DNA from: Felis catus
Lineage: Eukaryota
Assembly (NCBI RefSeq): GCF_018350175.1
Contig: NC_058373.1
Span: 116,624,001-116,688,000 of the forward strand
Direction of reading: 5' to 3'
Length of the DNA: 64,000 nt
Each line of letters starts with the position of its first letter. Positions within the stretch are counted from its first letter, which is position 1. Of this stretch, positions 26,091-38,990 are shown in pieces. The position numbers and the translations under genes are program-made. The notes beneath the pieces were generated by a model. That model saw only the letters and a list, made by a program, of their open reading frames with translations. It did no database searches and was not told where the DNA came from.

Positions 26091-26302
26091 AGGGTGCCTG
26101 GGTGGCTTAGTCGGTTAAGCGTCCGACTTTGGCTCAGGTCATGATCTCACGGTTCGTGGGTTCGAGCCCTGCATCAGGCTCTGTGCTGACAGCTCAGAGC
26201 CTGGAGGCTGCTTCTGATTCTGTGTCTCCCTCTCTCTCTGCCCCTTCCCCACTCACGCTCTGTCTCCCTCTGTCTCAAAAATACACATTAAAAAAAAAAA
26301 AA
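26091..26302 (+). mobile_element. CanSINE inserted beside an L2 end
   Basis: Full SINE; flanks share tcaatct; an antisense L2 terminus lies at about 25990-26080. Confidence 0.95.
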
Positions 26303-26919
26303 GATGTCAATCTTGTGCCATAATTATAGACTGAGAGTATTTTAGTTGTAAGGGATTTGTGGAGTATCTCAGTCGACCCTGTTGTTGTTTAGTTAGGACT
26401 TCTCTGCCACGCACTGCACGCTGATGTACCTGTGCCGTCGTAATACCTAGGAGCTTTCGAAATTTCTCCCCTGAGAAATTGTGTGGTGTCCTCACATAAT
26501 GGCATCTAGTTTTCCTTTCTCCATTTGACTGTTTACAGTTACATTCTTAGTCCTGATTTTCTAACTTGCATTTTTGCCCGGAGGCCTTGCTAATATATTC
26601 CAGCCTGGAAAAAAAATGTTTTTTCAAACTTCTCTCTAAATCATGTAAAATGAATGAGTTTTCCTTTAAAAAAATAATGTGTGTGTGAATTCCTGTGTAC
26701 TGATTTTATTTTGAACTCAAGAGTGTCTTTGTTGGCTGAGACTAATACAAATAATAGATAATACCCCAGAAAGGAGAGCACGGCCATAGTGGCTCACTTA
26801 ACATCGTATCACTCCAGATATCAAATAGAAAGCCGTGTACCCTGTGTGTGAGTCAGGTTCAGTCGTTTATTGTCAAGCTGATTATTTTTCAGCATATAAA
26901 GAACCCCAAGAAGTACTAC

Positions 26920-27052
26920 TTTCTTTTTGTTTAAGTAGGCTTCACATCTAGCATGAGGCTGGCCCCCGGGACTTGAACTCATGACCTTGATATCAAGACC
27001 TGAGCTGAGCTAAGAATTGGACCCTTAACCCACTGAGCCACCCAGGTGCCTC
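26920..27052 (-). mobile_element. CanSINE variant without CT tract
   Basis: ttaagtaggcttcacatc...ttgaactcatgacc...ctgagccacccaggtgcc; flanks share aagaagta. Confidence 0.85.
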
Positions 27053-27542
27053 TAAGAAGTATCCCTTTCTAAAAAATAATGTAATGTATACTTCAGGCTT
27101 GAAATATTATAATCAAAGCAGGCTTATTAAATGCTCATCTGTTCCTCTGTACTGTTCTCAAGCAAGTTAAGCTCATCAAGGAAGAGTTTCTCCCCTTTAG
27201 AAATATCCAGACTCAACCTTACATTTATAATTGAATTATTTTTGTAATACTGGGTGAGAGCAATGTTATCTGAAAGTTTAGTGTATCTTATCCCCACCCC
27301 CTTTGGTGGTGATGATGGTGGGTTATTAGATCAAAAATTAGGGTTTCCCCCAAGATTAGTCATAACGAAAACATAATGGTCATAACCATAATTTATGGCA
27401 AATTATGTTAGGAGTAGAAGAAAGGGAATTCAACTATTTTAATGCTTCAGTAGAGAGAGCCTTTGAAAAGTAGAGAAAAATAGAAAGGAAAGAAAACATT
27501 CACAGCTTCATCATTAAAAATTCTATTTTAAGAATACTTTTT

Positions 27543-27715
27543 GGGGTGCCTGGGTGGTTTAGTTGGTTAAGTGTCCAACTCTCGATTTTGGTTCCGGTCG
27601 TGATCCCAGGGTTGTGGGATCAATCCCCTGTGTTGGTGTGGAGCCTGCTTAAGAATCTCTGTCTCCCTCGCCTCTCCCTTGCTCATGCACTCTCTTTCTG
27701 TCTCTTAAAAAAAAA
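27543..27715 (+). mobile_element. CanSINE (older)
   Basis: Head, body and tail present; TSD aag(a)atacttttt. Confidence 0.92.
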
Positions 27716-28459
27716 GATACTTTTTAAAGTAACACAGTTTTGATTCCTTGACACTATTGAGTGGCCAGCACTAAATCATGTAGGGCCTACTTGGAAAGGA
27801 GAGGGGTATCACTGAAAGTGGGACGGGGTGACATCTGGATTAACTCTTTTAATGGTTACTGCTTTCTTTGAAATAGGTGAAAACGACTCCATAAAAAATG
27901 CCTTGAGGAAATGGAAGACTAACCTGTTTTGACAGAAATAGTGCAGAGATGTGTCTTTAAAAATGATTTTATCACGGCACTGTAGTCCAGGGTTGGATCA
28001 TGTCAGCTTAGCAGTGGCCGTCGAGAGCGGTCCGTCCCTGTGCTCACCCGTGGAGTAGAGCAGCAGTTCTAACGAGGCGTGTGGAAGTTCGGGCCGGGCT
28101 CGGGCACGCTGCGCACGCACCCGCCCATTTGTGGCGGTAATGATGGCAGCGTGCAGGTGTTCTCAGTGCAACTGGTTTCCTGGACCTTTTCCTTTTGTAT
28201 ACATACTCTTCGAGCTTTAAAACAAACTGTATGTGCCAGTGCTCCCTGTTGAGGAAATGGGGGTTTGTGGAAACCCCGTGTGGCCAGAGATGGGACCCGG
28301 TGGTAGTGGGCACCCTTTGGATGGCTCCAAGGTTCTGCATCCGGTTCCCTGATGATTCGCCTGCTTTGCAGCACCAGCATCTCCAAATCCAGATGCCTGA
28401 ATGACGAGGACTGTTGGCTCCTGTTGAGTATTGGTTTCCTTGCTGTTGAGCAGTCCTAG

Positions 28460-28462
28460 TGT

Positions 28463-28511
<49 letters not shown>
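28460..28511. repeat. (TG)n microsatellite
   Basis: About 25 TG units. Confidence 0.98.
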
Positions 28512-28512
<1 letters not shown>

Positions 28513-28769
28513 TTGAACAGTTAACGTTAGGAAGAAATAGTTTTTTGGTGTCTATTGAAATGTTTTATAAATAAACTTGGCTTGAATAATATTTAATACT
28601 CCATGTTCCATTGTCTGTAAAACCCATTTCTATGGTTATATTCAGTACAGTTATTTACGCAATTTAGTTATGCAAAGATGTTGTTGCAAATTTCAGATAT
28701 TTGTATGTTGGATAAAAGATTAACCTGGGTTAAAATTGCTTTTGTTTTGCGTTGTTTTGTTTCATTTGG

Positions 28770-29530
28770 CTGTACAAGTTCTGTGAGTTTTAACACACGT
28801 GTAGATTTATTCAACTGTTCCACAGCTGCTTCCTCCCCTCCGAAAGTGTCCTTATGCTACATTCTCTCCCACCCCCTAAATCCTGGCAACCACTGATGTG
28901 TTCTCTGCCTCTGTAGTTTAGTGTTTGCAAAGATGTTGTTTAAAGGGAAGCACGTGGTGTGTAATGTTTTGAAGCGGACTTCCTTCTTTCGGTGTCATGT
29001 CTTCCCAGGGGTGGGTATTGATAGCATATTCCTTTTAATCCCTGAGTACTATTCCATCGTGTGGAAGTATCACTGCGTGTGTGTCCATTAACTCACTGAA
29101 GAATATTTGGGTTGTTGTGATTTGTGGGTATTACAGGTAGCGCTACCTATGAGGCTTTTAGGACAGGTCTCTCTACATGAACACATGCTTTTCTTTCTCT
29201 CGGGTAAATACTTGGGAGTGGAATGGCTGGGTTATGTGGTAGGTGTACATTTAACTTTGAAAGAAATGTTAACCATTTTCCAGAGTTAACCATCAGTTTG
29301 TATTCCCAGCAGCGATGTTATTATCATCATTACTGTTCATTTCAGGGGCCTGACATCCTTGCCAGCACTGGATATTATCAGTAATTTTTATTTTAGCCTT
29401 TCTAGTAGAGATGTGAAGTGGTATCTCACTGTGGTTTTAATCTGCATTTCCCTAATGCTGATGAACATTTTCTCATGAGCTTGCCTGCAGTCATTTGTAT
29501 ACTCTTTTAGGTAAAGTGTGTGTTCAGGTC
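28770..29530 (-). mobile_element. Old L1 (L1MC/MD-like) 3' UTR and ORF2 end; left part of an interrupted element
   Basis: tgtacaagttctgtgagttttaacac...cctggcaaccactgat...; minus ORF 29388-29573 contains IREMQIKTTVRYHFT, an ORF2 C-terminal motif. Confidence 0.85.
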
Positions 29531-30509
29531 TTTTTTTTTTTTTTTTTTCCCTTAACTGAAGTATAATTGACATTCAGTGTTACTAGTTTCAGGTGTACAA
29601 CATACTGAGTCAAGAATTATATACTTTAGGAAATGCCTCAGTAAGTGTAGTTACCACCTGTCACCATAAAAAAATTGTTACAATGTTATTGACCATATTG
29701 ACTATACACCCTCTGGTGTACTTCTCATTCCTCTGACTTATTCTGTAACCAGAAGTTTATGCCTCTTAATTCTCTTCATCTGTTGCGACCACCACACCAC
29801 TGCTCCACCATTGGCAACCACCAGTTTGTTCTCTGTATTTATGAGTCTGTTTTTGTTATTGTTGTTTGGGTTTTTTTTGTTTTTTTTTAGATTCCACGTA
29901 AGAGTGAAATCATATGGTATTTGTCTTTAGCGGATTTATTTCACTTGGCATAATAGCTTCTAGGGCCATCTGTGTTGTCACAAATGGCAAGATTTCATTC
30001 TTCTTGATGGCTGAGTAATATTCCATTGTATATGTATACCGCCTCTTCTTTATCCATTTATTATCACTGGACACTTAAGTTTTTTCCAATCTTAGCTGTT
30101 GTTAAAAAGGCTGCAGTAAACATAGGGATGCATCTGGCTTTTTGAATCAGTGTTTTTGTTTTCTTTGGGTAAACATCCAGAAGTAGAATTACTAGATCAT
30201 GTGGTATTTCTGTTTTTTTCTTTTTTTAAGGAGCTTCCATACTAGTTTCTATAGTAGCTGCACCAATGTACATTCCCACCAACAGTGCATGAGAGTTCCC
30301 TTTTCTCCATATCCTCACCAACACTTGTTATTTCTTGTCTTCTTGATATTAGCCATTCTGAGTGGTGTGAGGTACTCCCTCATTGTGATTTTAATTTGCA
30401 TTTCCCTGATGGTTAGTGGTGTTGAGTATCTTTTCATGTGTCTGTTGGCCATTGTCATCTTTGGGAAAGTGTCTATTCAGATCTTCTGCCCCCCCCCCCC
30501 CCCCCGTGC

Positions 30510-30745
30510 TTTAAGTTTGCTCGTTTATTGAGGGACAGGGAGGGAGGGAGGGAGGGAGGGAGGAAGAAAGAAAATATGAGCAGGGAAAGGGCAAAGAGAG
30601 AGGGGGAAAGAGAGAGAATCCCAAGCAAGCTCTGCATTGTCAGTGCAGAGCCTGACGTGCGGCTCAAACTCACAAACTGTGAGATCATGTCCTGAGCTGA
30701 AACCAAGAATTGGATGCTTAACCAACTCAGCTGCCCGGGCGCCCC
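30510..30745 (-). mobile_element. CanSINE inside L1
   Basis: SINE body; tctgccc on both flanks; L1 resumes afterwards. Confidence 0.92.
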
Positions 30746-31911
30746 TCTGCCCATTTTTAAATTGGATTGCTTGCTTGTTGGTATCAAGTTGTAGGAGTTC
30801 TTTACATATTTTGGATATTAAACTTTTGGTCAGATACAACATTTGCAAAAATCTCCCATTCAGTAGGTTGACTTTTCATTTTGTTGATAGTTTCCTTTTC
30901 TGTGCAAAAGGGGAAAAAAACCCTTTTAGTTTGATGTAGACCCAATTGTTTATTTTTGCTTTTGTTTTTGTTAATGGAGGAGATAGTTCCAGGAAAATAT
31001 TGGTAAGGCCGATGTTTAAGAGTTTATTGCCTATATTTTCTTTTGGGAGTTTTATGATTTCAGGTCTGACATCTAGGTCTTTCATCCATTTTGAGTTTAT
31101 TTTTGTGTATAGTGTAAGAAAGTGGTCCAGTTCATTCTTTTGCATGTAGCTGTCTGATTTTCTCAACACCATTTATTGAAGAGATTGTCTTTTCTGCACT
31201 GTATATTCTTGCCTCCTTTGTTGTAGATTAATTGACCATATAAGTGTAGGTTTATTTCTGGACTCTATTGTGCTTCATAGATCTGTGTATCTATTTTTGT
31301 GCCAGTACTATACTGTTCTGATTCATTGTAGCTTTGTAGTATAATTTGAAATCTGGGATTATAATAGCTCCAGCTTTGTTCTTCCTCAGGGTTGCTTTGG
31401 CTATTGGGGGTCTTTTATGGTTTAATATAAATTTTAGGATTATTTATCCTAATTCTCTGAAAAATAGTATTGGTATTTTGATAAGGATTGCGTTGAAACT
31501 GTAGATTGCTTTGGGTAGTATTGAAATTTCAACAGTATTCTTCCAATCTGTGAGCATGATATATCTTTTCATTTATTTGTATTATCTTCAGTTTCTTTCA
31601 TCAGTGTCTTATAGCTTTTACAGTATAGGTCTTTTCCTCCTTGGTTACATTTATATCAAGGTTTTGTGTTTTTTCGTTTTTGTTTTTGTTTTTGGTGCAG
31701 TTGTAAATGGGATTGTTTTCCTAATTCTATTTCTGCTAGTCTTTTATTAGTCTATAGAAACAACACATTTCTGTATTAATTTTGTCTCCTGCAACTTTAT
31801 TGAAATCAGTTTATTCTAATAGATTTTTGGTGGAGTCTTTAGATTTTTCTGTATATAGTAATCATGTCATCTCAAATAGTGAAAGTTTTACTTTCTTACC
31901 AATATGAATGG

Positions 31912-32045
<134 letters not shown>

Positions 32046-32468
32046 GATTGCTGCAGCTAGGACTTCCAGTTTTGTGTTGAATAAAAGTAGTGAGGTGTAC
32101 ATCCTTTTCTTATTCCTGATCTTAGAAAAAGGTGTCAGCTTCTCACCATAGAGTATGATGTTAGCCCTGGGTTGTTACATTGAGGTATGTTCCCTCTAAA
32201 CCCACTTTGTTGAGGCTTTCAATTATGAATGATGTTGAATTTTGTTAATGCTTTTTCTGTATCTATTGAGATGATTATGTCATTTTTATCCTTCATTTTG
32301 TTAATGTGCTGTGTCATGTTGATTGATTTGTGAATATTGAACCATCCTTGCATTGCTTGAAATAGATCTTACTTGATCATGGGGAATGATCCTCTTAATG
32401 TATTATTGAGTTTGGTTTGCTAATACTTGTTGAGGATTTTTGTGTCTATGTTCATTAGGGATATTGGT

Positions 32469-32506
<38 letters not shown>

Positions 32507-33029
32507 TAGTGTCTTTGTCTGGTTTTGGTATCAGGGTAATACTGGCCTTATAGCATGAATTTGGAAGCATTCTTTCCTCTTCTATTTTTGGGAATAGTTT
32601 GAGAAGAAAGGGTATTAATGCCTCTTTAATTGTTTGCTAGAATTCACATGTGAATCTGTCTGGTTTTGAACTTCTGTTTGTTGGGAGTTTTTTGATTACT
32701 CAGTTTCTTTGCTAGTAATCAGTCTGTTTGGGTTTTCTATTTCTTGTTTCAATCTTAGAAGTTCTTTTTTGTTATTGTTTTTGTTTTAAGGAATTTATTC
32801 ATTTCTTCTGGGTTGTCTAATTTGTTGGTGTATAATTTTTTTGTAGTAGTCTCATAATCCTTTTTATTTCTATGGCATTTATTGTAACTTCTCTTCTGTT
32901 TCTTATTTTGAGTTCTTTCTCTCTTGTTCTCTCTTTTTATGAGTTCAGCTAAAGGTTTATCAGTTTTTTATTTATCTTTTTGAAGAACCAGCTCTTAGTT
33001 TCATTGATCTTTTCTATTTCTTTTTAGTG

Positions 33030-33312
33030 TTTATTTATTTTGAGAGAGAGTGCATGCAAGCAGGGAGAGGGACAGGGAGAGAGGAGAGAGAGAATCCCAA
33101 GCAGGCTCTGTGCTGGTAGAATAGAGCCTGACGCAGGGCTCGATACCACGAACTGTGAGATCATGACGTGAGCTGAAATCAAGAGTCAGATGCTCAACTG
33201 ACTAGCCACGTAGGCGCCCCGAGCTGTCAGCACAGAGCCTGACGTGGGGATCTAACCCACAAATGGTGGGATCATGACCTGAGTCAAAACCAACTGAACC
33301 ATTCAGGCGCCC
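33030..33312 (-). mobile_element. Composite CanSINE: partial head (33221-33312) joined to a full SINE (33030-33220)
   Basis: Two heads (taggcgcccc ending at 33220 and caggcgccc ending at 33312) but one tail. Confidence 0.88.
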
Positions 33313-33354
33313 TCTGTTGTGTTTTAAATCTGTGTTTTATTTATTTGTGCTGAA

Positions 33355-34003
33355 ATCTTTTGCCTATTTTTACTTATTTCTTTTCTTGGTTTAGTTTTCT
33401 TTTTTTTTTTTTTTTTTTTTTCAACGTTTATTTATTTTTGGGACAGAGAGAGACAGAGCATGAACGGGGGAGGGGCAGAGAGAGAGGGAGACACAGAATC
33501 GGAAACAGGCTCCAGGCTCTGAGCCCTCAGCCCAGAGCCCGACGCGGGGCTCGAACTCACGGACCGCGAGATCATGACCTGGCTGAAGTCGGACGCTTAA
33601 CCGACTGCGCCACCCAGGCGCCCCTAGTTTTCATTTTTTAAAAAAAATATATTGTGGATAAAAATTCTTCATTCCTTATGTATTTTTCCCAGTCTGTACT
33701 TATGTCTTCTTTCTCTTAGTGTTTCTCTCAGAGCAAGAACTCTTTGCCTAATCGTATATCCTAAAGATTTTCCCTTGTTTTCTTCTAAAGGGTTTATAGT
33801 TTTACATTTTATGCTTAGATCCATATGATCTATTTTGAATTTATAGTTGTATAAGATCTGAAGTTTAGGTCATGGTTCCATTTTTTGCATAAGGATATCT
33901 ACTTGTTTCAGCACTGTTTGTTGAAAAGACAATATTTTCTCCAGTGATTTGCCTTTACACCTTGGCCCAGATCAGTTGGCTATAGTTGTGTGGGTCGATT
34001 TCT
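33355..34003 (-). mobile_element. Old L1 ORF2 remnant; right part of the interrupted element
   Basis: tcttttgcctattttt...tttatagttttacatttt...gcactgtttgttgaaaagac...atcagttggctatagttgtgtgggtcgatttct continues from the 29530 break. Confidence 0.82.
33400..33624 (-). mobile_element. Young felid SINE (SINEC_Fc-type)
   Basis: Diagnostic sequence, CpGs retained, long T tail, TSD tagttttc. Confidence 0.97.
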
Positions 34004-34362
34004 CCAGTGCTTCCTGTTTCTCTGAGGTTCCCTTTTTTAGTCCTCCAGGCACAAAGATGGGGGTTTAGAGTGGGGCAGGGTGCTTCCTGTGACTGCCTAC
34101 ATTTTGGACCAGGACACAGGAAGACAGCAAAAAGGCAGCAGACATTTGCCCTTATATCTGGAGAGTGTAAGTCCTCTGAGCAGTGAGGAAGAAAGTTTCC
34201 TATCCCTCGGAGGTTTAGGTGACTGTTTTCCTCTGCCCACTGCCACCTTGTGATTACGTTGGTTTGGGAAGCAAGAAATTAGAGAAATAAAAAAGAAGAA
34301 AAGTGAGGAATTTCTCCCACTCTCTGGGGTATCAGGAATCCTTTTTCCCCACTTCTTTTTTT

Positions 34363-34396
<34 letters not shown>

Positions 34397-34941
34397 TTTC
34401 AACATTTATTTATTTTTGGGACAGAGAGAGACAGAGCATGAACGGGGGAGGGGCAGAGAGAGAGAGGGAGACACAGAATCGGAAACAAGCTCCAGGCTCT
34501 GAGCCATCAGCCCAGAGCCTGACGCGGGGCTCGAACTCACGGACCGCGAGATCGTGACCTGGCTGAAGTCGGACGCTTAACCGACTGCGCCACCCAGGCG
34601 CCCCTTTTTCCCCACTTCTTAAGCTAGAACTTGGAGCTTTTCCAGATGTTCCCCCTCTGTCTACATCTTGGTGCTCATTTTCAGGTGTGTGGCTGCCTTG
34701 ATTCCGGCCTGGAGGATTTTGGAGGGAAAAAAAGGGGAAATTCTTCACTGGTTTGGTGTTACTTTAAGTTTTACACTACCGTGCCCCCCCCCCCCCCCCC
34801 GCCGTGCCCACCCCATCAGCCTGTTATGGTCATTTACTTTTCAGAACCTTCAAAGAGCTATTTTTTACACTTTGTCCAGGTGTTATAGTTGCGTTCAGTG
34901 AGAGACTGGAGTGTGCTTTCTTCATCTTACCTGGGACCAGT
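34004..34941 (-). mobile_element. Probable old L1 5' UTR
   Basis: Reverse complement begins actggtcccaggtaagatgaagaaagcacactccagtctctcactgaacgcaactataacacctggac, resembling recalled L1M 5' ends. Confidence 0.55.
34360..34604 (-). mobile_element. Young felid SINE (SINEC_Fc-type)
   Basis: Diagnostic sequence; perfect TSD tttttccccacttctt. Confidence 0.97.
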
Positions 34942-35047
34942 CTCTCTCTATGTTGTTTTTAAATACAAAACCTGGAGTACTGTTTTGGGCAAGTTACATA
35001 AATCTTAAAACAATAAGTATTCTGTGGACGATTGTTTTTCATAGACT

Positions 35048-35249
35048 ATTTTTTTTTTAATGTATATTTTTGAGAGAGAGGGAGACACAGAGAGGGAGGG
35101 GCAGAGAGAGGGAGACACAGAGTCCGAAGCAGGCTCCAGGCTCTGAGCCATCAGCACAGAGTCCGACGCAGGGCTCGAACCCACGAACTGTGAGATCATG
35201 ACCTGAGCCGAAGTCAGACGCTCAACCGACTGAGCCACCCAGACGCCCC
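35048..35249 (-). mobile_element. CanSINE
   Basis: Full SINE with many CpGs retained. Confidence 0.95.
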
Positions 35250-35294
35250 TAAATAATTCTGCATTGTTGAAATATAACCTTTGGGCTATTTCTT

Positions 35295-35518
35295 TTTTAT
35301 TTTTTTTTAATGCTTATTTATTTTCGATAGAGAGAGAGAGAGACAGAGCATGAGTGGGGGAGGGGCAGAGAGAGAGAGGGAGACACAGAATCCGAAGCAG
35401 GCTCCGGGCTCCGAGCTGTCAGCACAGAGCCTGATGCGGGGCTCGAACTCACGGAACGCAAGATCGTGACCTGAGCCGAAGTCAGACGCTCAACCGACTG
35501 AGCCACCCAGGTGTCCCC
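35295..35518 (-). mobile_element. CanSINE
   Basis: Full SINE. Confidence 0.95.
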
Positions 35519-36260
35519 TCATTGACTTTTTTTTTCTTAAGTTATACTATATAGGGCTAAATTGGTTTTATTTGCATTTGTAAATATGAGAACAGAGTGG
35601 AAACCTTTCAGTTTTGTGGAAATCCTGTGTTGAGATTACAGTGAGATTTTTTTCTCTTGCTCCTCCTCCGTACTAAAAAATTAACAACTGAAGGCAAACA
35701 TTTTAGTGCCGTGTGCAATTTACATTTAGTACCATTTGATTTTAGGCGAATTAATGCACTTGAATGCATCTGAAATCAGTGGCCATTCAGTATTCTTTTT
35801 ATGTTGTGATTCTTATCTTTTGTTACATCAACAATTGTCTGATTTTAAGCCTTGCATATCTAGTATCGAGTTGCCTCTGAGTTGTGAGTTGATACAACTT
35901 CCTTCTAAACCCCTTGCTTAAGCTTTGAGAGGAATCAGAGGACTTAGGGAAGTCCAAAAAAGAGAGGCTAATTATTAACATATTCATTCTTTTCTGACTT
36001 TAAAAAAATGTGGACTAAATATAATTATCCAGACAGCTGGTGAAAAATAAATATAGCTCAGTGGATTCCTAGTGGAAACAACTACACGGTCTAGAAATTA
36101 GCTAATTTAAGTAATTATTTATCTGTAGAAATCCATTAAAAATTAGTGAGGGAGGAATCAACTGTAGGTGATTGTAAGTCTCTTGAAATCAAACTCAGGA
36201 GGCCCTGTTAATAGAATCACAGCAGGTTATGGGAACAGACAATTAGAAAGGCCAAGTTTA

Positions 36261-36485
36261 GGGGTGCCTGGGTGGCTCAGTCAGTTAAATGTCCCAACTT
36301 CAGCCTAGGTCATGATCTCACGGCTCATGAGTTTGAGCCCCCCATCGGGCTCTGTGCTGACAGCTCAGAGCCTGGAGCCTGCTTTGGATTCTGTGTTTCC
36401 CTCTCTCTCTGCCCCTCTTCTGCTCACACTCTGTCTCTTTCTTTCAAAAATAAATAAACATGAAAAAAAAGAAATAAAAAAAAAA
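36261..36485 (+). mobile_element. CanSINE
   Basis: Perfect 17-bp TSD tagaaaggccaagttta (36244-36260, 36486-36502). Confidence 0.96.
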
Positions 36486-38099
36486 TAGAAAGGCCAAGTT
36501 TAAGGTATTTAAAAATAACTCCTTTTGCATTAAAATTTTAGAAAGTAACAGTAATATTTGAAGAGGGAAGATAGTTGTATAATCCTATGGATATTATCCT
36601 TTTATAGATATATTACAGTGGTTGTTATTATTGGTGTTTTTATGCTTTGGGCACCTATTTTATTATAAAATGCTTGAGTCTTTGAGGACTATTCCACTGG
36701 CTCTCCTAGTGCTTGCTGTGCTTGTGTTCTTTAAGACTACTAATGATTGGGAACATTTCTGGAGTTCTGTAGCAGACCCTGTGCGGAGCACCCTCCATCT
36801 TTGTTCCATGTCATCCTCACGAGAACCTGGTGAGGATGGTCCTGATTGATGGGAGAGGACACGGGCACAGAAGGGATAAGTGTTCAGGATTGAATTCATG
36901 TGGTCTGGCCCGAGAGCTTTGCTTTGCTTTTAACCTTTTAGCTGTAAGATTACTCAGTTGAATGGAGAAAGATTCTCGGAAGGATGGGATTGAGAAGGTC
37001 AAATAAAATACTAAAAATTACATACATTTTATAAAAGTAAAGAATATTTGACGAGGTGTATGTAGAAGCTTTAAAAATCATGTGCTGGGTTTAGTGATTA
37101 TCCAGTGTAAACCAAAGAAAGAATGGGAACAGTCTTGGTGTTATGAGTCATTCTGTCATCAGAACATTTCTTCTGCCAGTTTTCCCCTTGTCTGCTTGGT
37201 ATAAGTAACTACTTTTTATCATCACCCTCTTCCTGAGTACATCTTGCTCGGTAGCACTGTGCTGTGGTGTGCCCCAGTGACGGGACTGCATCGAAAGGGA
37301 GACTTGGATGGGTTGAGGGTCATGGAAATAAGAACTGGGTACTTTTTTTTCATATGGATAATTTAGGGTCCTAATACCCTGAATCTTCTAAGCTTCCCAA
37401 ATGGTAGTAGGAAATGTGTCCTTGTTTGTGTTCAGAAGAGATGAATCCTCTCTGCCTTTTCTTCTTCTCACCCAAATTAATTAAAGTGCTCTCAAGCCAG
37501 TTGGCTGATTTTATACTTCTAAGAGAGAATAAGACCCTTGAGGGATTGAGGAATGGTGTTAACATCCTGTCCAGATGGATACTGGTGCCTGGACGTTCAT
37601 GTTTATCACATTTTCCTTTGTGAATGTACAGACAGCAATCAGCTGAGAGTCAGCCAGACAACTTGTGTGGGATCCTTCCTTTCTGTGAGCAATTTGGCCT
37701 GATAGTTAGGCACAGATAAGATCTTTTCTTCATGCCTCCAGAGCTGTTTTGCTCTCTTTTTGATAAGTGACTTGTTGGTTCTGTAGGACCAGGACATACT
37801 GAAATCACTGGGGGAAAAGTCTCAAAGGGTCAAAATTTGAGGGCCCTCAAAATTTTATTCTCTACCTAACTCTAAACACTTGTTTATAATGTGGTTTATC
37901 CACAATTGCACGGACAAATGACAGATGTTTGAGACTTGGTTTTTATTTCTGTTCCTAACAGCTGATCTTAAGCAGAGGCATTTTATTGTGAAACTGATAG
38001 TGAGGTTCTGGTATCTTACAGTGAAGTTGCATGTTCCTCTCTGTGCAAATGTCTCCAAATGTACCTTTCATTGACTTGGTACCTCACTTAGTGACCATT

Positions 38100-38990
38100 T
38101 AAAACCAGACCACTTTCTTTTCTGTTCTTCCGGAGCCATTGGTATTGTTGGGACATGACGTATATACACAATCTCTACAGAAACCAAGGAAAGACCCAGC
38201 TTGATTGTAATTTCTTAGAAAAGCTTGCAATAGGTTAGGTCTGTAGCCTTCTTCTTGCTCACCTGGATGCTAGCGTACCGTCCCATTCTGCCTCTGTAGC
38301 CAGTTCATTTTCCCCATTGCCGCCATAATTTCTGTGCAAAAACGCATGTCTAACCATGTCCTTCTCCTGTCTCCAAGGCTCCTCACAGCCTGCGGGAGCA
38401 AGTCCAGGATTATATGTGGCCCTCCAGACCTCTGACAGGAGCCTGGGCATCCACACCATCTGCCTGCTTTGTACTTAATACTTCTTTTAAAAATTTTTTT
38501 TAATGTTTATTAATTTTTCGAGAGAGAGATTGAGAGTGTGAGCAGGGGAGGGGCAGAGAGAGAGAGGGAGACACAGAATCTGAAGCAGGCTCCAGGCTCT
38601 GAGCTGTCAGCACAGAGCCCGATGCGGGGCTCGGACCCACGAACCGTGAGATCATGACCTGAGCCGAAGTCGGGTGCTCAACCGACTGAGCCACCCAGGC
38701 GCCCCTGCACTTCGTACTTCTGACGCACCTCGCTGTCTCTCACCTCAGGGTGCTTGTGCTGTTCCCTTTCCACTTCCTGGTTCTGTAAGATTTTACTGAA
38801 AGGCTGCCTTCCTTCTGACAGCGCTAGGTTGCGCGATGTGCCCCGCTTCTGCACTGCTGTGGCACTCGGTGTCCACCTGTCTCGTTGCCTGTCGCTGGAT
38901 TGTATTCGCCTGTGCCTGGGAGGGTGCTGTGAATTCCTGGAAAGCAGGGGACCGTGTCTTTACTACGTGTTCCCTCAAGCCTCATACAGA
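38100..38990 (+). mobile_element. Degraded L2 3' region, interrupted by a SINE
   Basis: ctcagggtgcttgtgctgttcccttt...gctgtgaattcctggaaagcaggggaccgtgtcttt...gttccctcaagcct. Confidence 0.55.
38488..38705 (-). mobile_element. CanSINE
   Basis: Full SINE; degenerate TSD tgtacttaatacttct / tgcacttcgtacttct. Confidence 0.95.
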
